DNA of 64,000 nucleotides, taken from the IMG/VR virus record IMGVR_UViG_3300025652_000032, positions 32,001 through 96,000 of that record; one strand, 5' to 3'. Below the pieces are notes generated by a model. That model was not told the origin of the DNA. It searched no databases and saw nothing but the letters and a program-made list of their open reading frames with translations. Positions 9,230-17,957 of the stretch are shown here, in pieces (position 1 is the stretch's first letter; each line of letters begins with the position of its first letter). The stretch comes from a virus. The position numbers and the translations under genes were made by a program.

Positions 9230-9963
9230 AGTAACTCCAACAGTTCTTTTATTGCCATGCTGTATACGCTATAGGGGCGGATAGAGTGACAATCAATATA
9301 CTCCCCCGATTGTACCATACTTTTGTCGTATGTCCAGTTAGTTCTATCAATTCTTTTATTTAACGCCATCATAGGCACTGGTTGACAAACGCCTCCTCCG
9401 TTATCACGAAACTCACAGATCTTTCGGGAAGAATGAACTTCATCAATATTCCACTTTGACAGTGGTGCTTCATCAGGCCAATCGTTAGGTCGGTGTTCGA
9501 AGTTCTCGTCAACAGAATCAGAAACCTTACGACAGTAATCGGGAAACGAGTTCTCAATCTCTAGAACATCTGCAAACACTTTACCCTTTGCCATATTGTA
9601 ACAGATGGGGAAGTAGTCGGCGTTGCTGTTTAAATTTGTCCAAACACACTGCGAATATTCTACGATGGCGGCCTGCCAATACTTCTTCGACATGGGGAAC
9701 ATATCAATGTCACTTGTTATCCATGTTGTATTTGGTTCTTTATGTGTGTACCACATTCGAGAGAGTTGTGCCTGAGTATGAATAGGAACTGTTTCGTCTA
9801 CGGGCATGGAATGAACCTGTCCATGTTCGGCGGACGGTTCTTTCTCCCCGACATGAACAAGGACAGGTTCGATTCCCATTTTCTCTTTCCACACCCACGA
9901 CACCAACGGCCAGAAGTCTAGGTAGTATGGGTTATCGTCACACGACATGATCACTTTTGGCAT
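9226..9963 (-). CDS. Putative GT-A glycosyltransferase
   Basis: SCDDNPYYLDFWP, ITSDIDMFP (DxD), YPICY-like segment; island context. Confidence 0.6.
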   Translation of the reverse strand: MPKVIMSCDDNPYYLDFWPLVSWVWKEKMGIEPVLVHVGEKEPSAEHGQVHSMPVDETVPIHTQAQLSRMWYTHKEPNTTWITSDIDMFPMSKKYWQAAIVEYSQCVWTNLNSNADYFPICYNMAKGKVFADVLEIENSFPDYCRKVSDSVDENFEHRPNDWPDEAPLSKWNIDEVHSSRKICEFRDNGGGVCQPVPMMALNKRIDRTNWTYDKSMVQSGEYIDCHSIRPYSVYSMAIKELLELL

Positions 9964-10631
9964 AGTGCTTCCTCCAACACTTCTAGATCATGCTTCCAGT
10001 TGCCTCCCGGTTTGTCATTCTCGTCGAAACATTGTCCAACGAAATCAACACCGTCACTGGGTCGTTCTGTGATAGGGAAGTCTGTGTCTGTAAAGAACGG
10101 ATCGTGTACCATGCAGTTCTTCAGAGATAGAGGATGCACATGCTTCCAAAGGAACCACTGATCCTGACTCTTCTCATCTGTTGCATTGAACTCTTCCATC
10201 ATTCGAATGATGTTTGGAACTGCTCCGCCGCGGCAACCCCACATACCACCGAGCATCGGAACGCCGTGGTATGGGTGATCTCGCATGATATGAAACTGTT
10301 CACCGGAGTCAACCCACTCGTTGATGGCGGCAACTTCTCTCTCACAGAACCGACAGTCAGTATCACGCGAAATCATATGTGTGATACTGGTGTCTTCTGC
10401 CGGTTCGAATCGCCAGAACATACCCAGAGATCCGGGTTCTTCTGTTCTCATTTCAGTTTGTACGTTGGGAAATAACTCAAGACTTCGAACGATGGCAGAG
10501 TCTACAGTATCGGCAATATAGAACCTACATGTCCATTCGGGTAGCATCTCCATCGCCTGTTTTGCATTTTTAATCGCGCCAATCGTGTATACTGGATTGT
10601 CGCCCCATAATGAATAAGTAATCAATTTCAC
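9951..10631 (-). CDS. Putative glycosyltransferase
   Basis: KLITYSLWGDNPVY, FWRF, ISRDTDCR (DxD), FHIMRDHPYH, LGGMWG; likely GTG start at 10631 (GTGA overlap). Confidence 0.65.
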   Translation of the reverse strand: MKLITYSLWGDNPVYTIGAIKNAKQAMEMLPEWTCRFYIADTVDSAIVRSLELFPNVQTEMRTEEPGSLGMFWRFEPAEDTSITHMISRDTDCRFCEREVAAINEWVDSGEQFHIMRDHPYHGVPMLGGMWGCRGGAVPNIIRMMEEFNATDEKSQDQWFLWKHVHPLSLKNCMVHDPFFTDTDFPITERPSDGVDFVGQCFDENDKPGGNWKHDLEVLEEALCQK

Positions 10632-11260
10632 GTTACGATAGACTCCGTTTCCTCTGAGGACCACTGATATACATGAAGGAAGTCATCTAGAGCAACGCTC
10701 TCTTCCACCTTCGGGTACAATCGAGACAACCAATCAATGTCTTCACAGGACTGACCAGTCTGTGGATGATATACACTCCTGAATGGTTCTGATTGTGCAA
10801 GTGTTCTCTTCCACACACAGAAATGATAAGGAGGTCGTAGTGTATCTTTGAATCCCTGTGAATAACCATCAGCAACAGGCACAACTGGTTCGTGTGGATT
10901 GCCCATTTTCAAGAACACCCTAGCATGAACACCGTTGAGGTAGCAGTCTTGATTGAATGAAATGACATCAGCGTTGGGATTTTTCTCTATAGTTTCCGTC
11001 AACCGTTCGATGTAATTGTCTGCTACATCATCGTCGTCATCCAACCATGCGATGTGAGTTCCTCTTGCCATCCGGAGAAGTTCATTCCTCTTCTCCCAGA
11101 TGTGCAGGGACTTATTATCGATAACACAAATGACCTCTACATCTTCTCGATCACCAATCTGACCGAGGAGTTTGTCTTGGAGGACTCTGTACTTGTCAAG
11201 TCTCGACGGGATCGAGAGCATCAGTATACTAAATTTTATATCTTCTTTGTTCTTAGGCAT
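10628..11260 (-). CDS. GT2 family glycosyltransferase
   Basis: FSILMLSIPSR, KRNELLRMARGTHIAWLDDDDD, EDIDW. Confidence 0.85.
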   Translation of the reverse strand: MPKNKEDIKFSILMLSIPSRLDKYRVLQDKLLGQIGDREDVEVICVIDNKSLHIWEKRNELLRMARGTHIAWLDDDDDVADNYIERLTETIEKNPNADVISFNQDCYLNGVHARVFLKMGNPHEPVVPVADGYSQGFKDTLRPPYHFCVWKRTLAQSEPFRSVYHPQTGQSCEDIDWLSRLYPKVEESVALDDFLHVYQWSSEETESIVT

Positions 11261-11966
11261 GATTAAGTCTCTTCGCTACTTCCTGAACATCAAACTGAAG
11301 TTCACTTTTTCTTTTGTTGAAAACGCCGCCGTCCTTCTCGTACATCTCAGGACTTTCTTGCATCGTGTGTAGTTCGTCGGATTCTTCATGACCACCGGGA
11401 ACCCACTCATGTTTGATGATACACGTTTCACACACGGCGAATCGACCAAGCATCATACAGAGTTCTGTCATCTCAGTGTCACAATAAATGCTGGTGTAGT
11501 CTGGATGATACCAATGTCCAATTGCATCGTATAGTTTCTTTCCCATGACAGGCAGTGTGCAAAGAGCATCATTCCGAAGTCCGTCATTGAACTTCACTGC
11601 ACCATCAAATTCAGGGAAGGTTCCCTCGAACACCTGAGCAATGATATCATCATATTCTTTCAGTTGAGGGATCATATCATCCGATGCCAAAAGTCCCACA
11701 TCGAAAGTTTCGCCTTCCATGTTTGCATTACATGCTTCAATTTTGGTTTTAGAGTGACCATAGTATGCAGTTAAGTTTACGCCACTTTCCTGTAGGGACG
11801 CAAACCAGTTTCGGACTTCGGGGTTGTTCATTGTCTCGTCATCTTCGTCGCATGTAATAACAAAACGTACATCGTGCTTACCAGATAGGTAATCGATGTA
11901 CATTTCTAAAACTTGTTTGAATTTGTCAGGACGGGAACGGGTGGGAAACTTAATCAGTAGTCGCAT
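11253..11966 (-). CDS. Putative GT-A glycosyltransferase
   Basis: LIKFPTRSRP, CDEDD, LLASDDMIP, YCDTE; first gene of the island. Confidence 0.7.
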   Translation of the reverse strand: MRLLIKFPTRSRPDKFKQVLEMYIDYLSGKHDVRFVITCDEDDETMNNPEVRNWFASLQESGVNLTAYYGHSKTKIEACNANMEGETFDVGLLASDDMIPQLKEYDDIIAQVFEGTFPEFDGAVKFNDGLRNDALCTLPVMGKKLYDAIGHWYHPDYTSIYCDTEMTELCMMLGRFAVCETCIIKHEWVPGGHEESDELHTMQESPEMYEKDGGVFNKRKSELQFDVQEVAKRLNHA

Positions 11967-11984
11967 AATATAAATCCTTTTATT

Positions 11985-12407
11985 CTATTTAGTCCGACCT
12001 ATATGGTACTTGGGACAAAGTTCCCAATCACCTTTTTCTTTGTAAGGAAGAATCTTTATCTGGCTGATTGGAACTGCTGGTTCCTCTGCTTTGGCAGGTA
12101 AGACTATCTCTAATAGTTCCCATTCTTCCAGCAATTTAGCAATCGTATTTCTTCTTCCGATATCGTTTTCTGCTATGTCAGTTGGCAGGCCGTCCAGTGC
12201 AAAGAGTTCTTTGAAGTGGACGATGTAATACTTACCTCGTTTATGTAAGATATGGCATGACTGATATAACTTCTTTTCTTTTCTGGACGATACACCAATT
12301 CGCGTGAGCGTCTCTTTAATCTTCAAAAAATCATCTGGTTCATATAAGGTGATTTCGAGTAAATCACTTACTTCAATATTCGATTGTCCCATTTGTATAA
12401 ACTCCAT
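11985..12407 (-). CDS. regA: Translational repressor RegA
   Basis: DDFLKIKETLTRIGV, LYQSCHILHKRGKYYIVHFKELFALDG. Confidence 0.97.
   Translation of the reverse strand: MEFIQMGQSNIEVSDLLEITLYEPDDFLKIKETLTRIGVSSRKEKKLYQSCHILHKRGKYYIVHFKELFALDGLPTDIAENDIGRRNTIAKLLEEWELLEIVLPAKAEEPAVPISQIKILPYKEKGDWELCPKYHIGRTK
11986..11992 (-). promoter_or_regulatory. Late-promoter-like element CTAAATA heading the glycan island
   Basis: ACTAAATAG spans the last codons and stop of regA; an identical word lies at 49370-49376 before a tail-fibre gene. Confidence 0.55.
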
Positions 12408-12428
12408 AAAAAGGCACTCTATCCTTCT

Positions 12429-12436
12429 TATGTATG
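12429..12436 (-). promoter_or_regulatory. Late-promoter-like element CATACATA upstream of regA
   Basis: Same word occurs upstream of uvsW and gp13. Confidence 0.4.
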
Positions 12437-12447
12437 TTTTATGGGAT

Positions 12448-12831
12448 CTAACCCTCTCTTTTGGACATCATGTCCACAATTTCAGACACAGTTTCCTTTG
12501 GTAACACGTTCAGTGCTTCTCGGGCCTTCGCTTCAGAATACTCAAAGTAATCCATGACTGCTTGTAGATCATCCGGATTCTCTCTCTTCAACCACTTACT
12601 GAACCGCTTTCTCTTCCTCAACGAATGTAGATAGAAATCAAACTGCATCTTCTTTGATGTATCTGGTCTGATATTCATCTCATTCACATAAAAGATTGTG
12701 TCTGGGAAGTACGATAGACATCGATTCATAACGAAAGGGACGTACCCCTTCTCGATGGATTCATCATCCGTGTCGAGAAGAGGCACCTTGGTGTGGTTTA
12801 CTGCATTTAGATAGTCACCCAACTTCGTCAT
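12448..12831 (-). CDS. gp62: Clamp loader small subunit
   Basis: YVPFVMNRCLSYFPDT, QFDFY, RKRKRFSKW, YSEAKAREAL; position upstream of regA. Confidence 0.92.
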   Translation of the reverse strand: MTKLGDYLNAVNHTKVPLLDTDDESIEKGYVPFVMNRCLSYFPDTIFYVNEMNIRPDTSKKMQFDFYLHSLRKRKRFSKWLKRENPDDLQAVMDYFEYSEAKAREALNVLPKETVSEIVDMMSKREG

Positions 12832-13130
12832 GAAATCTCCGTGTCCTTATCAACAACAGCGATAACTCGATCATGAAGGACTATATCAAATCCACCGAAA
12901 CCTTCCATACCCTGCGAGTAATCATACATCACATAATCACCCACCTTGTATCCGAGTTTCATTTCTTTTCCATTAGACAAAACAGTCGGATTGCCAATAG
13001 AAGAAACTATACCAATCAGATACTTGGGATGTTCCCTTGGAGTGTAAACAACTCCAGCATCCGTGGTTCCCTTTTTTACATTCCTCTTGATCACAACTTT
13101 CCCTCTGACGGGATAAAACTTTTCACTCAT
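12828..13130 (-). CDS. GroES/Cpn10-like co-chaperonin
   Basis: 100 aa; FYPVRGKVVIK, TTDAGVV (mobile-loop-like), GIVSSIG, KVGDYVMY, DRVIAVV. Confidence 0.75.
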   Translation of the reverse strand: MSEKFYPVRGKVVIKRNVKKGTTDAGVVYTPREHPKYLIGIVSSIGNPTVLSNGKEMKLGYKVGDYVMYDYSQGMEGFGGFDIVLHDRVIAVVDKDTEIS

Positions 13131-14068
13131 TTGAATTCACACTCCAACATCAGTTCTGTTAGGCAAGCAGTCAGGTTGATCTCCTGATCCGCGACAAAGG
13201 CAGACTTGTACTGGTAGTCTGCGAGTACCATGACTGCTTGAGGAATACTTTGCGGGGCGAAATGCTCGTACAGTCCATCATAGATTTTCCTGAAGATCAC
13301 GGCAGGATCATTGTCGATACTGTCGATCACCCACTTACGGACATTGGTGAACTCCTTCTTCTTCATGAAGGAGATCAGATCCTTGATCTGCACATCACCA
13401 ATGTTCGCAAGAATACCGACATCAATTGTACCAGAAACCGAGTAGCGTTGCAACTCATTAATGATACGCCGGAAGTCAGGGAAATACTTGGAGATCAGTT
13501 CAGCAAGAACCTTCTCGTCGTATGTTACATCTTCTGCATCAAGAATTTTCTTGATGTTGCCCATCAACTGCATTGCCAAATGAGGACGATCTGCCTTGGC
13601 AATCTTGAAGTCCACGTTTGTGCATCTGGAGTGTAGCGGTTGGATGATTCGATTCTTGAAGTTACAAGTCAGAATGAACCGACAGTTCTTCGAGAACTCT
13701 TCAATAAAACCGCGTAGCGCCGGTTGTGTAGACTGTGCATTAGAATAGTCGAATTCGTCTAGAATAACAACCTTCTTCGCATCACTCAACGAGATCGTAC
13801 TTGCAAAGTTTCGAATCTTGGTACGAAGAGTATCGATGTTTCCATCTTCTGAACAGTTGATCAGAATATACTCAGCACCAAGTTCATTACAAAGGGCCCT
13901 TGCAATACTAGTCTTTCCACAACCGGCGCCACCCGACAGCAACAGGTTCTGTGCTTCTCCTACACGAACCATGTCTTCGAATGTCTCCTTGACATTCTCT
14001 GGCAAAATGCAATCCTTGATTGTCTGGGGGCGATACTTTTCGACCCACAAGAAATCTTTATTGTCCAT
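13127..14068 (-). CDS. gp44: Clamp loader large subunit (AAA+)
   Basis: LWVEKYRPQTI, GGAGCGKTS, ILDEFD, SRC, PDFRR. Confidence 0.97.
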   Translation of the reverse strand: MDNKDFLWVEKYRPQTIKDCILPENVKETFEDMVRVGEAQNLLLSGGAGCGKTSIARALCNELGAEYILINCSEDGNIDTLRTKIRNFASTISLSDAKKVVILDEFDYSNAQSTQPALRGFIEEFSKNCRFILTCNFKNRIIQPLHSRCTNVDFKIAKADRPHLAMQLMGNIKKILDAEDVTYDEKVLAELISKYFPDFRRIINELQRYSVSGTIDVGILANIGDVQIKDLISFMKKKEFTNVRKWVIDSIDNDPAVIFRKIYDGLYEHFAPQSIPQAVMVLADYQYKSAFVADQEINLTACLTELMLECEFK

Positions 14069-14769
14069 CAGTTACCCTTATAGGAAGAATCTGCTTCCAG
14101 TGCGATCCAATAACGAAGATCGTGTGTAGTAGAAACGAATTCACTCACACCACGATCAGTAATGTTTGCGGTGTACTCACCGGGGAGCATCTTGAGGTTC
14201 TCCATCTTGAAGAAGAAACAGAACTCTGCATCTGCTTCGAACGTACCTTCGACTTCAACACTGAAGTCATTAGTGGACTTGTCCTGCTTGTCAAGGACAG
14301 TGAGAAGAACTTCGCCGCCCGCACCCTTGATGGCAAGATCACTGACACCGAGAACAGAAGATGCTCGCTGAAGTTCGTTGAGAATATCAGTGGACATTGT
14401 GATAGACAGAACGCTGTCTGGCATATCAACCTTCTTGTTTACGGTAGAGAGCAACTTGGGTTCGCTGTAGTGGTACGTCACAGATGCACTCGAACTGTCG
14501 TCCGAGATCACCACGGAAGTATCACCGAAGTGAAACCGAGGACTCTTGAAAAGGGAGACAGTGCCAAGGAACTTGTTCAGATCCCAGATACCAATCTCTG
14601 TGTCGAACTCTTCTTCGATCGTACACTCAGACATAATGTTCTTGATCGGTGAAATGGTAGTGAGTACACTGCCAGGTTTGATCAGGATGTTTGAGTTGAT
14701 GGTGGAAAAGTTTTTGAGGATAGTGAGTGTATCAGCACTTACTTTCATTCCCTCAGTTGCCGTGGTCAT
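14068..14769 (-). CDS. gp45: Sliding clamp
   Basis: LKNFSTINSNI, IWDLNKFL, ENLKMLPGEY, YWIALE; likely start 14769 (AAGGAG SD). Confidence 0.95.
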   Translation of the reverse strand: MTTATEGMKVSADTLTILKNFSTINSNILIKPGSVLTTISPIKNIMSECTIEEEFDTEIGIWDLNKFLGTVSLFKSPRFHFGDTSVVISDDSSSASVTYHYSEPKLLSTVNKKVDMPDSVLSITMSTDILNELQRASSVLGVSDLAIKGAGGEVLLTVLDKQDKSTNDFSVEVEGTFEADAEFCFFFKMENLKMLPGEYTANITDRGVSEFVSTTHDLRYWIALEADSSYKGN

Positions 14770-14950
14770 ATCGTTCGTCTCCTTCAAAGTCATAGTCGTC
14801 ATATTCTAAATCACCATGTTGTATGTTACGCATAAGATTCTTTACCTCATGCCGTTTTGCTTTTGCTTTCACAGTCTTGTGAAACTTCTTCTCTGCATTC
14901 TTCATCATGCGTTCGTCGTCACGATGGTTGTCCTTGTTTCCGCGTGGCAT
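14753..14950 (-). CDS. Small charged hypothetical protein
   Basis: 65-aa ORF with GAGG SD, fills the rnh-gp45 gap; basic N-half and acidic C-half. Confidence 0.6.
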   Translation of the reverse strand: MPRGNKDNHRDDERMMKNAEKKFHKTVKAKAKRHEVKNLMRNIQHGDLEYDDYDFEGDERYDHGN

Positions 14951-14960
14951 AGTTAGTTCC

Positions 14961-15797
14961 TCAGAAATCCTGAATGTTTTCCATCAGCATACGCAGTTTA
15001 TTGCTGACAAAATAGTTAAATATATTGCTTCTTGCACCAATAGGAGATTCTTCGAACGCCTCAAGAATTTCCGTGACATATTTTTCCGGGATCCTGTCTA
15101 GATCTACGAGTTGGGAGTTTCTGTCCCAGTTCCTCTCAAATTCTACACCAAGATCTTCCTCTTGTCTATACAATTTTTCCAACTTCTTCTTGGAGATTGG
15201 ACGTTGCCTGATGCTATCAACAAACACATTGTCGGCAGACAATACATTGGGGATTCCGTCTGAGGAATCTCCGTACATAATATGATCAAACAAGAACCTT
15301 TGCGGATCTTCCTCAACAAGAAACTGTTTCTTCCGTAGACAATATTGCTTGATGTTATCATATCGTTGCAATTGCTTGAAGTCCTTGTCCGAAGAGACGA
15401 TCACTACCTTCTCTGTTGGACTGTACTTCTTGGCAAGGACGGCAATGATATCGTCTGCCTCACATCGTTGGATAGAGATGTTCTTGTATGGGAATGTCTC
15501 CCTAATCTCTCGTCGAATTTTTCCAAGGACATCAAAGATCTTGTTCCAATCTTCGGCATCCTTTTGTTGTGTCTTCTTTCTTCCTGCCTTATATTGTGGG
15601 AAGATGTCCTTCCTCCAGCAGTTGGAAGAATCCTGACAGATAATAAGTTCGCCGTACTCGGAATAAAACTTATTTCGAATACTACGGTAGATGTTTAAAG
15701 TAATGTGTCGTACTTGATCCTCGTCCAGATCCTTTTTGCCTCTTGTTTGAGCAAAGATACTCGACAGGATCACTTGGTTGTTGTCGATCAAAATCAT
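14961..15797 (-). CDS. rnh: T4-type RNase H / 5'-3' exonuclease
   Basis: MILIDNNQ, WRKDIFPQYKAGR, EADDIIA, SSDKDFKQL, GDSSDGIPN. Confidence 0.95.
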   Translation of the reverse strand: MILIDNNQVILSSIFAQTRGKKDLDEDQVRHITLNIYRSIRNKFYSEYGELIICQDSSNCWRKDIFPQYKAGRKKTQQKDAEDWNKIFDVLGKIRREIRETFPYKNISIQRCEADDIIAVLAKKYSPTEKVVIVSSDKDFKQLQRYDNIKQYCLRKKQFLVEEDPQRFLFDHIMYGDSSDGIPNVLSADNVFVDSIRQRPISKKKLEKLYRQEEDLGVEFERNWDRNSQLVDLDRIPEKYVTEILEAFEESPIGARSNIFNYFVSNKLRMLMENIQDF

Positions 15798-16333
15798 TTT
15801 CTTTTTGCTGCTTTCTTCCGGCGACTAGATGTCTTCTTTGCGATATTCTTATCGAAGGCATCTTGAGTCGTGATACCGGTCTTCTTTGTTGTTTTCTTAC
15901 GAGTCTTTTTCTTGGGCGTAGATGTCTCGTTCTTCTTGAACTTTGCCTTCGCTTTCTCAACCTGTTGATGGATATACTTCAGGTGGACATTTGCCGCCAT
16001 TCGCATGAAGTTACGGTCTTCCTTGTTGCGGTTTGTCTGTACCCAGAAAGGAATCTCGATCAAGAATTCATATCCAAGATACTTCTTATCAAACCAAATC
16101 TGAACGCGGAGATCTTTGCCCCTAATGAACTGGGGGTAATCTTCTGCCGGTGCAAGTTTGTAGGTCCGAATCTGAAATCTCTTAGAGAAGGTCTCTAGTG
16201 CCGTTTTCATGTAAGATTCATATGACATAGGAGACACCAGATTCAATCCGATTGGATTATCACCGTTGTCCCATGTCTTCTTGGTTGCCTTTTTCACGAT
16301 CTTCTTCTTGGTTTTCTTTTTTCGCTTTGACAT
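15794..16333 (-). CDS. Lys-rich protein with basic N- and C-terminal tails (putative nucleic-acid binding)
   Basis: MSKRKKKTKKKIVKKATKK...KKKTRKKTTKK...RRKKAAKRK; start at 16333 inferred from promoter geometry. Confidence 0.75.
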   Translation of the reverse strand: MSKRKKKTKKKIVKKATKKTWDNGDNPIGLNLVSPMSYESYMKTALETFSKRFQIRTYKLAPAEDYPQFIRGKDLRVQIWFDKKYLGYEFLIEIPFWVQTNRNKEDRNFMRMAANVHLKYIHQQVEKAKAKFKKNETSTPKKKTRKKTTKKTGITTQDAFDKNIAKKTSSRRKKAAKRK

Positions 16334-16339
16334 GCTATT

Positions 16340-16368
16340 ATTATAACCCATGATCGGTGTGTTGTCAA
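16340..16368 (-). promoter_or_regulatory. Perfect consensus sigma70 promoter TTGACA-N17-TATAAT
   Basis: -35 at 16363-16368, -10 at 16340-16345, spacer counted as 17 bp, intergenic. Confidence 0.9.
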
Positions 16369-16373
16369 GTAGT

Positions 16374-17957
16374 TTATTCTGGTTTGTAAAAAACCATAAT
16401 CGGTTCATACTTGAGGAACTTACCGTCTACCTTACAATAGTTCTTACACTTAGGCAATCCGTCCTCGCCTATCCGGTTCTGTCCCGGCATAGATTCCAAT
16501 GCCATCTTCAACCTGTATTTATAGACCAAACCAAACGATTCTAGAATATCTTTTGAGTCTTGTTCGAGTGGTAGGTAATTGCCTTTGATCAACACATCGG
16601 CAATATTCCACAAGAGGTATCTGCCCGGTCGCAGGTATTCGGCACAAGTCTCAAGTGTCGGTGCAAGGAAACCATGCCTCCATGAGTCATACGAACTACC
16701 GTACTTTTTGTATGACTGGTTCTCATCCTCACTATATGCTTCACGATTAAAGTATGGCGGCGAAGTGAAGATCATATCCAACTTGCCTTTATACTTTCTA
16801 AAGTCGGGATGAATATGAACTACTTCAGATCCTTCCGAGAAGATCTCGTAAGTATTCGTCTGAGAAAAGAATGGATTACCTCGGTAAGTTTTGGCATTGT
16901 AAAAATCAGCAATATGTTGATACTTACTAAGACCACTATCGGAAAAAATGTTATCAGGGTTGGGGTCGGTTCCAACATAATGAATATTCCGATCATCACG
17001 CACGGACATAGCGCCAAGGATACGACCACCCCATCCAGAAGAAGGATCGTAAACATTGATCGTCTCTTGATCTTTGATGTGTTCGGTGTATCTTTCATAC
17101 AAATACTTCGCTGTCATCGGCGGGAAGTTGACGGCAGGTTGGATGTACCCAATCCTGAAAGACTTCAGTCCTGCTGGGAAGACACGATTACCCTTCTTGT
17201 AAATACGAATTGCGTACAACTTATCGTCAGGAAGATTCTCGATATCAAACGTCGAGTGGTGACGATACGAAAGTTTGGGGATCCACTTCTCCAACTGCTC
17301 TTTTGTTAATTGGAGGATGTCTGTCTGTTGGATTTGAAAGTAACCACTGTTAAGTCCCTCACGGATCTTCACCTGCTCCAGAAGGAAGTCATATCCCTCG
17401 AACACTTCCGGACTAGTAAAGAACGCTTTCATCCAAGACATGGCATCAGGAACATCAACCACGGAATACTTCGTACTAAACTTGATAGCAGAGAGTGCAT
17501 GATTGTAGAAAGAGTCACGGCGAAGGTGTCGCAACGCACCTTTGTAAATCCTCTCGAACTTTGTGTCGTCGGCAAACAGATCATAAATCGAGTACCCATT
17601 ATCACTATCACTGTAGTTGATTCTGGTCTTCATCATATTAGAGAAGAACTGATCTACCTCGACACCCATGCGTGACTTGTTTACAATCACGTCGTCTTCA
17701 ACATCAGACAGTTCATCTGTCTTTGTAAATGTGTGTACAGGATACTCAGCAAGTTTGTTCCAGTTGTCGATGATGACATCTTCGGTCTTACCCATACGAG
17801 GCGGACTGCCGGTTTCATCCCATGATTTGAGAATAGTTTTCCTCATCTCACCTACCCACACACGGAACTCGTCGGGTGTCATCGACAAAAGATCTTCAAA
17901 CAGAACATTCATTTCTGATTCAACGACTGCTGTATTTTTTTCGTAAAAGGGTTTCAT
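16374..17957 (-). CDS. DNA amino-methyltransferase (N4-C/N6-A type) with long N-terminal region
   Basis: Motif I VYDPSSGWGGR followed by motif IV FTSPPYF; YLRPGRYLLWNIAD; likely start MKPFY at 17957 (ATGA overlap). Confidence 0.8.
   Translation of the reverse strand: MKPFYEKNTAVVESEMNVLFEDLLSMTPDEFRVWVGEMRKTILKSWDETGSPPRMGKTEDVIIDNWNKLAEYPVHTFTKTDELSDVEDDVIVNKSRMGVEVDQFFSNMMKTRINYSDSDNGYSIYDLFADDTKFERIYKGALRHLRRDSFYNHALSAIKFSTKYSVVDVPDAMSWMKAFFTSPEVFEGYDFLLEQVKIREGLNSGYFQIQQTDILQLTKEQLEKWIPKLSYRHHSTFDIENLPDDKLYAIRIYKKGNRVFPAGLKSFRIGYIQPAVNFPPMTAKYLYERYTEHIKDQETINVYDPSSGWGGRILGAMSVRDDRNIHYVGTDPNPDNIFSDSGLSKYQHIADFYNAKTYRGNPFFSQTNTYEIFSEGSEVVHIHPDFRKYKGKLDMIFTSPPYFNREAYSEDENQSYKKYGSSYDSWRHGFLAPTLETCAEYLRPGRYLLWNIADVLIKGNYLPLEQDSKDILESFGLVYKYRLKMALESMPGQNRIGEDGLPKCKNYCKVDGKFLKYEPIMVFYKPE

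Noticed and set aside
1-11966. Cellular O-antigen/capsule locus (contamination or chimera)
   Set aside because: Contiguous and co-oriented with regA, similar composition and phage-like tight coupling, no export machinery visible; read-level support could not be checked.
14020-14652. 210-aa plus-strand ORF, and other long plus-strand ORFs (13238-13636, 27081-27722, 33861-34400, 49186-49809)
   Set aside because: Antisense shadows of well-conserved minus-strand genes; no motifs or ribosome-binding context.
15682-15960. Arg-rich 92-aa minus-strand ORF
   Set aside because: Alternative frame of the AAG-rich tail of the Lys-rich gene, overlapping rnh.
16820-17098. Hydrophobic 92-aa minus-strand ORF resembling a membrane protein
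   Set aside because: Fully nested out of frame in the methyltransferase catalytic region.
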